Positions 46,572 through 56,902 of a DNA stretch of 64,000 bases are shown piece after piece (within the stretch, counting starts at the first letter, position 1; every line of letters starts with the position of its first letter). The notes below the pieces were generated by a model that had not been told where the DNA came from, made no database searches, and saw nothing but the letters and a program-made list of their open reading frames with translations. The position numbers and the translations under genes were made by a program. Source of the stretch: Campylobacterales bacterium (GTDB taxonomy: Bacteria; Campylobacterota; Campylobacteria; Campylobacterales; UBA6016); the NCBI GenBank assembly GCA_041915365.1, contig JAYSBP010000012.1, positions 843 through 64,842 of the forward strand, written 5' to 3'.

Positions 46572-47892
46572 CCCCGTAAAACTCCAAAGCCTCCTTATTC
46601 GCCCTAATATCACGCTCATTTAGATTTCTAGCAAGCCTCATATTTTTGACGCTTCTACACCTTGATAGCGCAACATAAGTCTGCCCGTCCGAGAATGCCC
46701 CGCTTCCAAGGTCTATCACGGCAGATTCTAGCGTCATACCTTGCGATTTGTGTATCGTCACTGCCCAGCCAAGCCCAAGCGGAAACTGCGAAAATGTACC
46801 CATTTCCTCTTTGTCTATTTTTTTGGTTTTTTCATCATAGGTATAGGCATATCGCTCCCAGCTCATTCGCCCAACCTCCAAAGCCTCTCCGCTTACGTCG
46901 CTTCGCACTAGCATCGTATCAGAGCCCATCGAGATTATCTGCCCAGTGTCGCCGTTTATCCACCCTTTTTGCTTATTATTTCGTAAAAAAACTACTTTCG
47001 CTCCTACTTTTAGCTCTAGTACATCCGGCACGGATAGCCTCCACTTATCGGCAGGCGTGTCTCCCGTCACCTCTGCGGTATACCCCTTGCTCTCTCCTTG
47101 AAGTTTTGCTAGTTGTCTCGTATTTATCGAGTGTGCGGCGGCATTTGTAGCGACTAGCCACATAGGGCTAGACAAATCCGTATGCGATTTGAGACAATTT
47201 GCATTGAAATATTTTATTGCGGCGTTTGTATTTGAGCCGTCCCTTATCCATCCAAGAGCCTCGATAAATTCGCTATCTTCTTGGCGGCGCACACGTGTCA
47301 AATGCACAGGGGTAATGTCTATCTCGTCAAATACGTCAGCCGAGTAAAAAAACTGGGTCTCGTATCGCTCGCTAAAATATATCCGCTCTTCGTGGGTGGA
47401 TATTACAGGGGGCAACTGTAACAAATCCCCGACAAATACGACAGATACGCCGCCAAAAGCCTCATCTCGTTTTCTAGCACGACGCAGGAGTATATCTATA
47501 GCATCTACGATATTTGGCGTCACCATAGAAGCCTCGTCTATTACCAGCACCCTCATCACCTCTGCTACCGCTCTTGATTTTGGGTTTAGACGGAGTTTTT
47601 CGGATGGGTCTATGTGACGAGCCGGAAGAGAGAAAAACGAATGTATCGTATCTCCTCCGGCGTTGATAGCGGCGGCGGCTGTTGGGGCTAGTATTACGCA
47701 GTCTTTTATGGATGATGCGATATAGCGAATAAGCGTCGATTTTCCGGTTCCGGCCTTGCCCGTCACAAATACGCTTGTATGCCCGCCGATGGCAAGCTCC
47801 AACGCCTTTTTATACTCGGGGATTATCTCTATTTCGTCCACAAAACACCTAAGTTTAAGAGATTCTATTTCTTCCGTTTTGCTTTGACTCAT
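46558..47892 (-). CDS. Pif1/RecD-family SF1 helicase
   Basis: Walker A GKAGTGKST, Walker B VLVIDEASMV, plus VGDLLQLPPV and TIHKSQGMT. Confidence 0.8.
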   Translation of the reverse strand: MSQSKTEEIESLKLRCFVDEIEIIPEYKKALELAIGGHTSVFVTGKAGTGKSTLIRYIASSIKDCVILAPTAAAAINAGGDTIHSFFSLPARHIDPSEKLRLNPKSRAVAEVMRVLVIDEASMVTPNIVDAIDILLRRARKRDEAFGGVSVVFVGDLLQLPPVISTHEERIYFSERYETQFFYSADVFDEIDITPVHLTRVRRQEDSEFIEALGWIRDGSNTNAAIKYFNANCLKSHTDLSSPMWLVATNAAAHSINTRQLAKLQGESKGYTAEVTGDTPADKWRLSVPDVLELKVGAKVVFLRNNKQKGWINGDTGQIISMGSDTMLVRSDVSGEALEVGRMSWERYAYTYDEKTKKIDKEEMGTFSQFPLGLGWAVTIHKSQGMTLESAVIDLGSGAFSDGQTYVALSRCRSVKNMRLARNLNERDIRANKEALEFYGVIGV

Positions 47893-49132
47893 AGAGCTTT
47901 TTGTCGGCTAATGCCACATATGTCTCTACTTTTACCTCTTTTGTGTCGACTTCATTTGCCGGAGCTATCTCTATGGCTCCGATACTAACGGTAGTTTTTA
48001 CCTCATGTCCCTCAAAAGTGCAAGACGTATTTTGAAATGCAGCTCTTATCTGTTCAAGCTTATTTTTTGCATTTTCAAGATTTGTATTTGGAAGTAATAC
48101 GGCAAACTCCTCGCCGCCATATCTAATAATAACGTCCGAATCTCTTATCCGTGATTTTGCCGTTTTGACAAACTCTTTTAGCATCATATCTCCGGCGACG
48201 TGTCCATAAGTATCGTTTAGTTTTTTGAAATAATCCAAATCGCACATAGCCAGCACAAAAGATGTCGCAGTAGCAAGCGATAACTCATATTGGTTTGCAA
48301 AAATATATGAGAGCGAATTGCGATTAAGAGCACCTGTCATCTCGTCTTTTGCCGCTTTTTTGATAATAAGCGTGTTATCTATGAGTGCGAGCTCAGCCCC
48401 TATGGCCAAAGATATCATCTCACACTTTTCAAGATAGCTCATTATGACGTTAAAGTCTTTTTCCCTCTTGTCAAGCTGTCTGTATATGACACTTCCGAGG
48501 TCGTGCAAAGTCTTGTGAATTTTTATAATTTCAGTATATTTCGAGTTATTTTTGATGATAGACTTAGCGTCAGAGTTAAGCCACTTTCCAAATTCGCATA
48601 GTTTTGGGTCTAGCTCCGGTATTTTCTCGCTATCTAGCTTTTGGATTGCCACTGCCAAATTGCTAAGCCAAGACAAGTGGTCTTCATAAAATCTGACTAC
48701 ATTTTTTTCAAGCATATCTTTTAGACTGTTGATTCTGTAGTTATTTGCCGCCAAAAGTTTTTTTAGATAGTCGTCTAGATACTGATAGGCTATGACATTT
48801 TCAATATCAAAATAAAGCGTATACAAATCATATATCTCTGTTTTTGCTCCGCTTTTTAGCAGGATGTCGGCAAGCGTATTCTTGAGGTATGCCGTCTCAT
48901 TAACAAGGACGATATATGGGGTATGTGCGGCGATATTAAGTCTAGCTAGTTTCTCATACTCCTTGACAAGCTTGTGCCTGCTCCCCTCGACAGTAAATAG
49001 AAGTAGATTTTTGAAGCTATTTTTTAACTCATCAAGCTTGTGCGACTCCATATCGCACATATTGATAATATACTTTTCCAAAAAATCTTCCATTATATTG
49101 TCGATTTTTGGCTCTATATAGCTCGCTATCAT
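47855..49132 (-). CDS. diguanylate cyclase with a CZB (chemoreceptor zinc-binding) sensor domain (DgcZ-like)
   Basis: CZB core HLSWL...CEFGKWL...HKTLHDLG (residues about 150-215). C-terminal GGDEF domain with an intact GGEEF active site and an RxxD-like I-site context upstream (KSRIRDSD). Confidence 0.75.
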   Translation of the reverse strand: MIASYIEPKIDNIMEDFLEKYIINMCDMESHKLDELKNSFKNLLLFTVEGSRHKLVKEYEKLARLNIAAHTPYIVLVNETAYLKNTLADILLKSGAKTEIYDLYTLYFDIENVIAYQYLDDYLKKLLAANNYRINSLKDMLEKNVVRFYEDHLSWLSNLAVAIQKLDSEKIPELDPKLCEFGKWLNSDAKSIIKNNSKYTEIIKIHKTLHDLGSVIYRQLDKREKDFNVIMSYLEKCEMISLAIGAELALIDNTLIIKKAAKDEMTGALNRNSLSYIFANQYELSLATATSFVLAMCDLDYFKKLNDTYGHVAGDMMLKEFVKTAKSRIRDSDVIIRYGGEEFAVLLPNTNLENAKNKLEQIRAAFQNTSCTFEGHEVKTTVSIGAIEIAPANEVDTKEVKVETYVALADKKLYESKQNGRNRIS

Positions 49133-49212
49133 CTCATCACCGCCAAAGCAACTTCTTTTTTATCGATTATACGCAATATTTGCTACAATCAAAAACAGAC
49201 TAAAGGAAGCCG

Positions 49213-50622
49213 ATGAACATATTGCTTACAGGCGCTAGCGGGTATATAGGCAGGCGCCTAAAACATAGATTGCTTAAAGAGAACGATGTAAGATTAAGGC
49301 TTTTCGTCAAGCAAGGACAAAGCGTAAAGACCTTTGCCAACGTAGAGGTGGCACAAGGGAGTACATTTGATACGGAAAGCCTCGACGCCGCCTTGCACGG
49401 TATCGATACGGCCTATTATCTCATCCACTCCATGGAGTCAAAAAACTACCGTGAGTTAGACAAAAAGAGCGCCCAAAACTTCCTTGAAGCCTGTATAAAA
49501 AACGGTGTCAAAAGAATAATCTATCTAGGTGGACTGGGCGAAAAAGAGAGTGCCAGCGAACATTTACTCAGCAGAATAGAAACAGGAGAGATACTAAGCT
49601 CCAGACCGGATACCGTTCAGACTCTATGGTTCCGTGCAGGTGTTATTATCGGCTCAGGCTCAGCTAGCTTTGAGATAGTGCGAAATCTAGTGGAAAAACT
49701 CCCTTTTATGATTACCCCAAAATGGGTAAATACCTTGTGTCAACCAAGCTCCGAGAGAGATGTAATAGAGTATCTAGCAAGTGCCGCAATGCTGGATAGC
49801 AAAGAAAGCATTGTAATAGATATAGGTACGCAAGCTATGAGTTATAAAGACCTTTTGCTAGGGTATGCCAAAGCCGCCGGACTGCGAAGAACACTACTTC
49901 CCGTCCCATTTTTCTCCCCAAAGCTATCTTCTTATTGGCTCACCCTGATGACACCCGTACCCTACTCTGTCGCGTCTGCTCTTGTAGAGGGGCTAAAGAG
50001 CGAGGTTGTAGTCAAAAATGACAACGCTAAGATATTATTTCCAAATATTAAACCTCTAAAATACGAGGAAGCGGTCAAAAATGCGATTGAAGAGATCCAA
50101 AAATCGCAAGTGATTAGCAGGTGGTCGGACGCTAGCGGCGAGGCTTGGGAGAGCGATCACTCTAGTATTGCGGACGCCGTGTTTATCGATAGACAAGTAG
50201 TTTGTTTCGATGGCATGGATGAGAAAAAAGTATTTGAGACGTTTTGCACAGTTGGCGGCGAAAACGGCTGGTTCGGTTATGATACGCTTTGGAAAATAAG
50301 AGGCATAATAGACAAAATATTCGGTGGATACGGCCTCTCTCGTGGGCGCAGAGACCCAAAAATTCTCAGAATAGGCGACAGCGTAGACTTCTGGAAAGTG
50401 GTAGATTTGCAAGAGGACAAAAGGCTTTTACTATTTGCCCAGATGAAGCTACCTGGCACTGCGTGGTTAGAGTGGATAATAAAAGACGGCAAGCTACACC
50501 AAAGCGCATATTTTTATCCGCACGGAGTGATGGGAAGGCTGTATTGGTACTCTATGCTCTTGTTTCATATTTTCATATTTCGCAAAATGGCGCAAAATAT
50601 CATCAAAAAGGCAAAAAATTGA
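49213..50622 (+). CDS. NAD(P)-binding SDR-like protein with a C-terminal DUF2867-like domain
   Basis: Rossmann motif LLTGASGYIGRRL. 469 aa. Confidence 0.6.
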   Translation: MNILLTGASGYIGRRLKHRLLKENDVRLRLFVKQGQSVKTFANVEVAQGSTFDTESLDAALHGIDTAYYLIHSMESKNYRELDKKSAQNFLEACIKNGVKRIIYLGGLGEKESASEHLLSRIETGEILSSRPDTVQTLWFRAGVIIGSGSASFEIVRNLVEKLPFMITPKWVNTLCQPSSERDVIEYLASAAMLDSKESIVIDIGTQAMSYKDLLLGYAKAAGLRRTLLPVPFFSPKLSSYWLTLMTPVPYSVASALVEGLKSEVVVKNDNAKILFPNIKPLKYEEAVKNAIEEIQKSQVISRWSDASGEAWESDHSSIADAVFIDRQVVCFDGMDEKKVFETFCTVGGENGWFGYDTLWKIRGIIDKIFGGYGLSRGRRDPKILRIGDSVDFWKVVDLQEDKRLLLFAQMKLPGTAWLEWIIKDGKLHQSAYFYPHGVMGRLYWYSMLLFHIFIFRKMAQNIIKKAKN

Positions 50623-51719
50623 AAATCGGCTTTCTCTCTCATCTTGACCTCAACCTATACGCATTCAGACTCCCAGTCATGCTTGAACTAAAGCGGCTTG
50701 GACATACGCCGATAGCCATAGCGCCGGAAGGCCAATATTTGCAAAAAATCAGAGATGCGGGGATAGAGTGCGTTACCTATAACATAGAGCGTAAAAGCCT
50801 AAACCCGATGAAAGAGATAAAAGCGATACAAAATATCTACGAAGCGATAAAGCCGCTAAATCTCGACATCCTTCACACTTTTACGGCGAAACCGAATATC
50901 TACGGAACCATAGCTGGGCGATTAGCCAAAGTGCCTCGCATCGTAAATCTAGTAGAGGGACTTGGGAGTTTTTATCTCGAAAACGACATCAAAAGTCGTG
51001 CCGTTCGGTCGCTGATAGAGATGATGTATAATCGTGTTTTTAAGCTCTCAAACGCCGTCATGTTCGTAAATTCGGACGACCCTGAATATCTAGCAGGCAA
51101 AGGAATCATAGATAACACCAAAATACACAAAATAAACGGCGTAGGGATAGACACAAAAGAGTGGAAAAGAGACGGTGACGCAAAAGAGCCGCTAACCGTT
51201 ATTATGATAGCGAGGCTAATCCGCCATAAAGGTGTGACTGAGTATCTAAAAGCATGCCAAAATCTCAAAATCAAATATCCAGATGTCAGCTTTGTATATG
51301 TAGGCGGAGAGGATATGGGAAATCCTAGCGGACTAAAAAAAGAGATTTTTGAAAAATATAGCGGGGTGGAGTATCTTGGCGAGAGAAGCGACATCAAAGA
51401 GCTATTGCAAAACTCTCATATATTTGTCCTACCTAGCTACAGGGAGGGGCTACCTCGCACCGTGCTAGAGGCGATGAGTATGGAGGTAGCGGTAGTCGGA
51501 GCCGATGCTTGCGGCACGAGGGATGTCGTAAAAGACGGCATAACTGGGCTTTTGGTTGAGACCAAAAATACAAAAGCGCTTGAAGCGGCGATAGAAAAAT
51601 TGATAACAGATGTGGGTTTGCGACAAAAACTAGCAAAAACAGCCAGACAAACATGCGAAAAAGAGTACGACATAAAGCCGATAGTTAAAGCTCATCTTCA
51701 AATTTATGGGATTAAATAA
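50619..51719 (+). CDS. pglA: GT4 glycosyltransferase, PglA-like (adds the first GalNAc to diNAcBac-PP-Und)
   Basis: From TTG 50619 the protein reads LKIGFLSHLDLNLYAFRLPVM, which parallels the C. jejuni PglA N-terminus MRIGFLSH...YHFRMPI. It carries the GT4 E-x7-E region. The upstream 110 codons of the ORF overlap the preceding gene and are discounted. Confidence 0.7.
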   Translation: MKIGFLSHLDLNLYAFRLPVMLELKRLGHTPIAIAPEGQYLQKIRDAGIECVTYNIERKSLNPMKEIKAIQNIYEAIKPLNLDILHTFTAKPNIYGTIAGRLAKVPRIVNLVEGLGSFYLENDIKSRAVRSLIEMMYNRVFKLSNAVMFVNSDDPEYLAGKGIIDNTKIHKINGVGIDTKEWKRDGDAKEPLTVIMIARLIRHKGVTEYLKACQNLKIKYPDVSFVYVGGEDMGNPSGLKKEIFEKYSGVEYLGERSDIKELLQNSHIFVLPSYREGLPRTVLEAMSMEVAVVGADACGTRDVVKDGITGLLVETKNTKALEAAIEKLITDVGLRQKLAKTARQTCEKEYDIKPIVKAHLQIYGIK

Positions 51720-51749
51720 GATATAATTGCCGCAAAAAATTGGACGCTC

Positions 51750-53849
51750 ATGACAAAAGAGATACTTAGCACAAAAAAAGTAGTGATACTGATGTTTATA
51801 GCCTTTGCTTTTAGCTTTGCGGCAAGGTTTTATTGGATTAGCTACGCCTCGCAGATAGATAGCTTTTATTTCAACAAACAAATCATGATAAATACAAATG
51901 ACGGCTACTTCTACGCCGAAGGGGCGAGAGACCTCATCAAAGGCTCACACGAAGAGGGAGATAGAAGCGCAATAACGGAGCCTGTCGCAATAGCCACAGC
52001 AATACTTTACAAAATACTTCCGTTTTCCATTGAGACTTTGATGCTTTATATGCCGGTAGTATTCTCATCCTTGATTGTTATTCCGATTATTTTGATAGCG
52101 AGATTTTTTGGACAAACAACTATGGGATTTTTCGCCGCTATGTTTGGGGCGATTACCTATAGCTATTACAACAGAACAATGGCTGGATACTATGATAGCG
52201 ATATGTTTGCACTCATTATGCCCCCTTTTGTGGCTGCATTTCTTATCGGCTACTTCAAAGAAAAAAAACTCTTGTGGCAAGTCCTATTCCTAGCATTTTT
52301 GGCACTCTCAAAGATACTTTATCCGCAGTCTTTCGCTTGGATGGCGGCTACTATCGGCTTTGCTTTTTTGTACACAATCGTTTTTGATAGAAAAAACAAA
52401 GAGCTATACCTCACACTTGTTTTAGGCCTTGTCGCAATATGCGATTTGCCGATAGTCGTCAAAGCATTTATCATAGCGGTATCCATCTATTTTGAGAGCA
52501 AAGTGCTATCAAGCTGGAAAACGTTTGGCACATTTGCACTTGCGGCAGTTGGGATTTTCGGGTATTTTGGCGGACTAACTCCGCTTATCTCGTCGCTAAA
52601 CGCATATCTTTTCAAAGACAGCCTAACGGTCGTAAGTCAGCTAAAATATTATGACGTAGTTCAAACGGTTCAAGAAGCCGGCAAGATGGATCCAAATCTT
52701 TTCGCATCAAGAATATCAGGCTCAATGCCTATTTTTATCGCGGCACTAATCGGTTACGCTCTTTTTATCAAAAAAGAGAAATTATTTGCCCTCACCCTCC
52801 CTATCTTCGGGCTTGGTCTTTTTGCTTATATGAGTGGCCTTAGATTTACCGTCTATGCCGTCCCTTTCGCCGCTCTCGGGCTGTTCTATCTAATTTTTTT
52901 AGGGCTAAAAAACCTTGACAAACGTGCGCAAATAGCGGTCGCCTCAATCTCATTTTTAGTCACTTCCATACCTAATTTTTATCATATATACGACTACAAA
53001 GCCGATACGGTATTTCCAAACGGCATAGTAAAACAACTATCAGAGCTTGGTGCAAAAGCATCAAGAGAAGATTATGTATTTACTTGGTGGGATTATGGTT
53101 ATCCAGTCAGGTATTATGCGGATGTCAAAAACCACTCTGATGGCGGTAAGCACGATGGGGCGACCAACTTTATAGAGTCTTTTATCATCTGCTCGACAAG
53201 CCAAAGAGCTGCGGCCAATATGATGAGAGAATCGGCCGAGGCCTACGAAGAGCTAATCAAGCAAGGCAAAGAGCAAAAGACCGCGACGCTTGAATATCTG
53301 CTAAGCAAAAACGGCATCGCAAACAAAGACTACCAAAAATACTTAGAGACCATAGCATCGGAAAACTACAAAGTTAGCAAAAAAACTAGAGATACTTATC
53401 TGTTTTTACCGTACGAAATGTTTGGGATACTACCTACCATCAAGCTGTTTTCAAACGTAGACCTAAACACCGGAACGGAGATTTCGGACCCATCTTTTTG
53501 GATGTTTACTCACTACAACGAAACTGAAGATAGCATAGATTTTGGCGGAATTACGTTTGACAAAAGAGCAAAAACCGTAAGTTTTGACGGCAAAAAAATA
53601 GAGCTAAAAAGCGTAAGCGTCTCATACTACGACAAAAACGGGGCCTTGGTAACAAAAACGGAGAGTGGCTCAAGCACTGGCGAATTACACCTCATATCCC
53701 TTCCAACGTATGGGGCATACATACTAGCCGATGACGAGATGTTCAACTCCGCTTTTATACAGATGTTTGTATTTGAAAACTACGATAAAAACCTATTTGA
53801 AAAAGTCTCATCAACGCCTGAGGCGAAAATATTTAAGTTAAAAATATAA
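51750..53849 (+). CDS. pglB: undecaprenyl-diphosphooligosaccharide-protein N-glycosyltransferase (STT3 family)
   Basis: A 13-TM N-terminal half. The catalytic WWDYG motif lies at nt 53085-53099 (FTWWDYGYPV). N-terminal DGYFYAEGARD loop. Confidence 0.9.
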   Translation: MTKEILSTKKVVILMFIAFAFSFAARFYWISYASQIDSFYFNKQIMINTNDGYFYAEGARDLIKGSHEEGDRSAITEPVAIATAILYKILPFSIETLMLYMPVVFSSLIVIPIILIARFFGQTTMGFFAAMFGAITYSYYNRTMAGYYDSDMFALIMPPFVAAFLIGYFKEKKLLWQVLFLAFLALSKILYPQSFAWMAATIGFAFLYTIVFDRKNKELYLTLVLGLVAICDLPIVVKAFIIAVSIYFESKVLSSWKTFGTFALAAVGIFGYFGGLTPLISSLNAYLFKDSLTVVSQLKYYDVVQTVQEAGKMDPNLFASRISGSMPIFIAALIGYALFIKKEKLFALTLPIFGLGLFAYMSGLRFTVYAVPFAALGLFYLIFLGLKNLDKRAQIAVASISFLVTSIPNFYHIYDYKADTVFPNGIVKQLSELGAKASREDYVFTWWDYGYPVRYYADVKNHSDGGKHDGATNFIESFIICSTSQRAAANMMRESAEAYEELIKQGKEQKTATLEYLLSKNGIANKDYQKYLETIASENYKVSKKTRDTYLFLPYEMFGILPTIKLFSNVDLNTGTEISDPSFWMFTHYNETEDSIDFGGITFDKRAKTVSFDGKKIELKSVSVSYYDKNGALVTKTESGSSTGELHLISLPTYGAYILADDEMFNSAFIQMFVFENYDKNLFEKVSSTPEAKIFKLKI

Positions 53850-54458
53850 ATGTACAAAAATTTTTTCAAAAGGGTGTTTGACTTTGCTCTTGCCCTTTTG
53901 CTTATCGTTTTATTTTCTCCCATCTTTTTGGCGACATATTTTGCGGTAAGAAAGGGGCTGGGTTCGCCCGTATTTTTTGCACAGGGTAGACCTGGGCTAG
54001 GTGGAAAAATATTCAAAATATACAAATTTCGGACAATGACAAACGAGAGAGACGAAAATGGCGAACTCCTCCCCGACGAACAGCGGCTAAAAGGGGTCGG
54101 TAAACTAATAAGAAGACTTAGCATAGACGAACTCCCTCAAATCCTAAACGTCTTAAAAGGAGAGATGAGCTTTGTGGGGCCACGCCCTCTTCTGCCGGAA
54201 TACTTGCCGCTATACAATACTAGACAAGCCACAAGGCAAAGCGTCCTCCCCGGCATCACTGGATTAGCGCAGGTCAAGGGGCGAAATGCGATAAGCTGGG
54301 GTGAAAAGCTAGAATGGGACGCAAAATACGTCGAAAGTATCTCGCTAATGCTAGACCTCAAAATCATCCTCTGGACGGTAAAAAAAGTCCTAAAAAGCGA
54401 GGGGGTCAGCAAAGAGGGGATGGCAACGACCGATAAATTCAGAGGTAACGAGAATTGA
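53850..54458 (+). CDS. pglC: phosphoglycosyl transferase PglC (diNAcBac-1-P transferase)
   Basis: [24 protein letters not shown]...[10 protein letters not shown]...DELPQ is near-colinear with C. jejuni PglC. Confidence 0.85.
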   Translation: MYKNFFKRVFDFALALLLIVLFSPIFLATYFAVRKGLGSPVFFAQGRPGLGGKIFKIYKFRTMTNERDENGELLPDEQRLKGVGKLIRRLSIDELPQILNVLKGEMSFVGPRPLLPEYLPLYNTRQATRQSVLPGITGLAQVKGRNAISWGEKLEWDAKYVESISLMLDLKIILWTVKKVLKSEGVSKEGMATTDKFRGNEN

Positions 54459-55063
54459 AAAAAATATATATCTATGGGGCAAGCGGTCACGGCAAAGTGA
54501 TAGCTGACATAGCTAGAGCTTGCGGTTATGAGATAGAGGCCTTTGTGGACGACGACCCTTCAAAAAACGAATTTGGCAATTACCCATGCCTAAGAAGTGT
54601 CGAAATGTCAAAAAATATAGCCGTTGCCATCGCCATTGGCGGCAATAAAAGTAGAAAATCTGTATTTGAAAGGCTAAAATCAGACGGATACTCTCTCCAT
54701 GCCCTCATCCATCCAAGCGCCGTAGTATCCCCGTCGGCCTCCGTAGGTGATGCTTCGGTGGTTATGCCGCAATGTGTAATTAATGCGGGAGCATACATAG
54801 GGCTCGGCTGTATCATCAACACTGGAGCTATAGTTGAGCACGACTGTGTAATCGGCGATTTTGTCCATATATCTCCGAATGCGGCTCTTGCAGGCGGTGT
54901 GAGCGTGGGAGAGATGAGTCATATCGGTATCGGCGCAAGCGTAATCCAATTAATCAAAATAGGCAAAGAGTGTACAATCGGAGCTGGAGCGGCCGTAATA
55001 TCAGATATTCCAGACGGCGTTACGGCTGTCGGCGTTCCCGCTAAAATAATAAATAAAAAGTAA
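54455..55063 (+). CDS. pglD: UDP-4-amino-sugar N-acetyltransferase PglD
   Basis: [14 protein letters not shown]-terminus plus left-handed beta-helix hexapeptide repeats. Confidence 0.85.
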   Translation: MKKIYIYGASGHGKVIADIARACGYEIEAFVDDDPSKNEFGNYPCLRSVEMSKNIAVAIAIGGNKSRKSVFERLKSDGYSLHALIHPSAVVSPSASVGDASVVMPQCVINAGAYIGLGCIINTGAIVEHDCVIGDFVHISPNAALAGGVSVGEMSHIGIGASVIQLIKIGKECTIGAGAAVISDIPDGVTAVGVPAKIINKK

Positions 55064-55078
55064 CCGAACACAAAATAC

Positions 55079-55636
55079 ATGGAAACTTATTTTTTAGAGC
55101 TAATGAGGCAATACGGTTATGTTGTATTGTTTTTTTGGAGTATTTTGGAGGGTGAGAGTGGTCTTGTGATGGCTGGACTCTTCGCCCATACCGGAGATAT
55201 GCAGCTGTATGCGGCGATAGCTACGGCTGGATTTGGGGCTTTTGTTGGCGATCAGATATATTTTTATCTGGGGCGTTTCAAAAAAGATTTTGTCGTCCGC
55301 AAACTATCTGCACACAAACGAAAACTAGCCATCGCAAAATTGCTACTCAGAAAATACGGCACAGTCGTGATATTTTTCCAAAGGTATCTATACGGACTAC
55401 GGACGATAATCCCTTTATCAATAGGGCTTGCAGGGTATAGCCCTAAAATTTTTGCGCTTATCAACTTCATATCAGCTTTTTGCTGGAGCGCACTCATCAT
55501 TACCCCAGTCTGGTACTACGGCGAACAGATACTCTCTCTCATCTCTTATGCAAAAGCGCATTGGTATTTTGTCCTTCCGCTCATTTTTGTGATTGTGGGC
55601 ACGGTGTTTTACTTGACTAGAAAACGACCCTTATAA
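55079..55636 (+). CDS. DedA-family membrane protein
   Basis: 185 aa with E-x-x-G-L and a GRF/YLYG-R pattern (LGRFKKDF, RYLYGLRTIIP) typical of DedA/SNARE-associated proteins. Confidence 0.65.
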   Translation: METYFLELMRQYGYVVLFFWSILEGESGLVMAGLFAHTGDMQLYAAIATAGFGAFVGDQIYFYLGRFKKDFVVRKLSAHKRKLAIAKLLLRKYGTVVIFFQRYLYGLRTIIPLSIGLAGYSPKIFALINFISAFCWSALIITPVWYYGEQILSLISYAKAHWYFVLPLIFVIVGTVFYLTRKRPL

Positions 55637-55771
55637 CCCTAAAAACGCTATAATCACGCAAAAATTATGCTTAGGAAGACAAATGAATAATCTCGCCAAA
55701 GGCGTAGCTTTAGGGGTTTGGGATTTATCCCAATATCAAGCGACGAACGGCTTTGCCGCAAGGAGCGCAAT

Positions 55772-56902
55772 GTGAGTAATGGACGAATATTTTTATCGGC
55801 TCCACACATGGGCGGCAAAGAGTTGGAGTATATCAAAGAGGCTTTTGACGCAAACTACATAGCCCCAATAGGCGAGCAAATAACAAAGTTTGAAGAGGCG
55901 ATAAAGTCCTACACGGGGGCAAAATATGCCGTAGCCCTCTCCAGTGGTACGGCGGCTATTCATCTAGCCCTTAGAACACTCGGAATAAAAGACGGCGATG
56001 AAGTACTTGCCTCATCGTTCACGTTTATCGGTGGGGTTGCCCCGATAATGTACGAGAGATGTACTCCATTTTTTATAGACTCCGACGAGGATAGTTGGAA
56101 TCTCGACCCACTACTGCTACTTGAGGCGCTAGAATCACGCAAAAAAAGCGGCAAAATGCCAAAAGCCCTCATAGTAGCCCACCTCTACGGACAAGCGGCA
56201 AAGATAGAGGAGATAGGCGCTATATGCTACAAATACGGCGTTGCTCTAATCGAAGATGCGGCTGAATCGCTAGGTGCAACGGTAGGCGGCAAACATACGG
56301 GGACATTCGGCAAAGCCGGAATTTATTCATTCAACGGCAACAAAATCATCACCTCAAGCGGCGGCGGAATGCTGGTCACGGACGATGAGCGTATAGCCAA
56401 AGAGGCTAGATTTTTGTCCACACAGGCAAAAGAGCCGTATCTGCACTATGAACACGAGACGTTCGGCTACAACTATCGTATGAGCAACATAGTAGCGGCC
56501 ATAGGGCGTGGACAGATGGAGGTTCTATCTCAAAGGGTTGAGAGGCGAAGAGAGATTTTTGCCCTTTACAAAGAGTTTTTTAGCGATATTCCGGAGATTA
56601 AGTTTATGCCGGAGCTTGCCGGAACAAGCGGAAACAGATGGCTGAGCGCTTTTTATATGGACAAAAAGCTAAAAATAACACCAGATGAGCTAATAAAAGC
56701 TCTGGAAGCACAAAATATCGAATCCAGACCACTATGGAAACCAATGCACACACAGCCTGTATTCAAAGATGCCCCACACCTCACAAACGGCTTTTCCGAA
56801 ATGCTTTTTGAGAGGGGACTATGCCTGCCTTCAGGCTCATCAATGGACGATGAAGACGTAGCTTTGGCGGCAAAAATAGTAAAAGACGTAATAAAAAAAT
56901 GA
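55772..56902 (+). CDS. pglE: UDP-4-keto-6-deoxy-GlcNAc aminotransferase PglE (DegT family)
   Basis: IFLSAPHMGGKELEYIKEAF parallels the C. jejuni PglE N-terminus. In-frame GTG at 55772, 6 nt after AAGGAG. The ORF-track start at 55718 has no RBS. Confidence 0.85.
   Translation: MSNGRIFLSAPHMGGKELEYIKEAFDANYIAPIGEQITKFEEAIKSYTGAKYAVALSSGTAAIHLALRTLGIKDGDEVLASSFTFIGGVAPIMYERCTPFFIDSDEDSWNLDPLLLLEALESRKKSGKMPKALIVAHLYGQAAKIEEIGAICYKYGVALIEDAAESLGATVGGKHTGTFGKAGIYSFNGNKIITSSGGGMLVTDDERIAKEARFLSTQAKEPYLHYEHETFGYNYRMSNIVAAIGRGQMEVLSQRVERRREIFALYKEFFSDIPEIKFMPELAGTSGNRWLSAFYMDKKLKITPDELIKALEAQNIESRPLWKPMHTQPVFKDAPHLTNGFSEMLFERGLCLPSGSSMDDEDVALAAKIVKDVIKK

Noticed and set aside
50289-50618. A 110-codon N-terminal extension of the pglA ORF (MENKRHNRQN...).
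   Set aside because: It overlaps the 3' third of the well-supported SDR/DUF2867 gene in another frame, and it is Arg/Gln-rich nonsense. TTG at 50619 (a TTGA overlap with the upstream stop) gives a PglA-like N-terminus.
55683-55775. A 30-codon upstream ORF (MNNLAKGVALGVWDLSQYQATNGFAARSAM) whose stop overlaps the pglE GTG start. A TATAAT box lies at about 55650.
   Set aside because: It is very short and has no RBS, and I cannot assess its conservation. The TATAAT could mark an internal promoter for pglE-pglF-metH, but a single hexamer in AT-rich DNA is not sufficient evidence.
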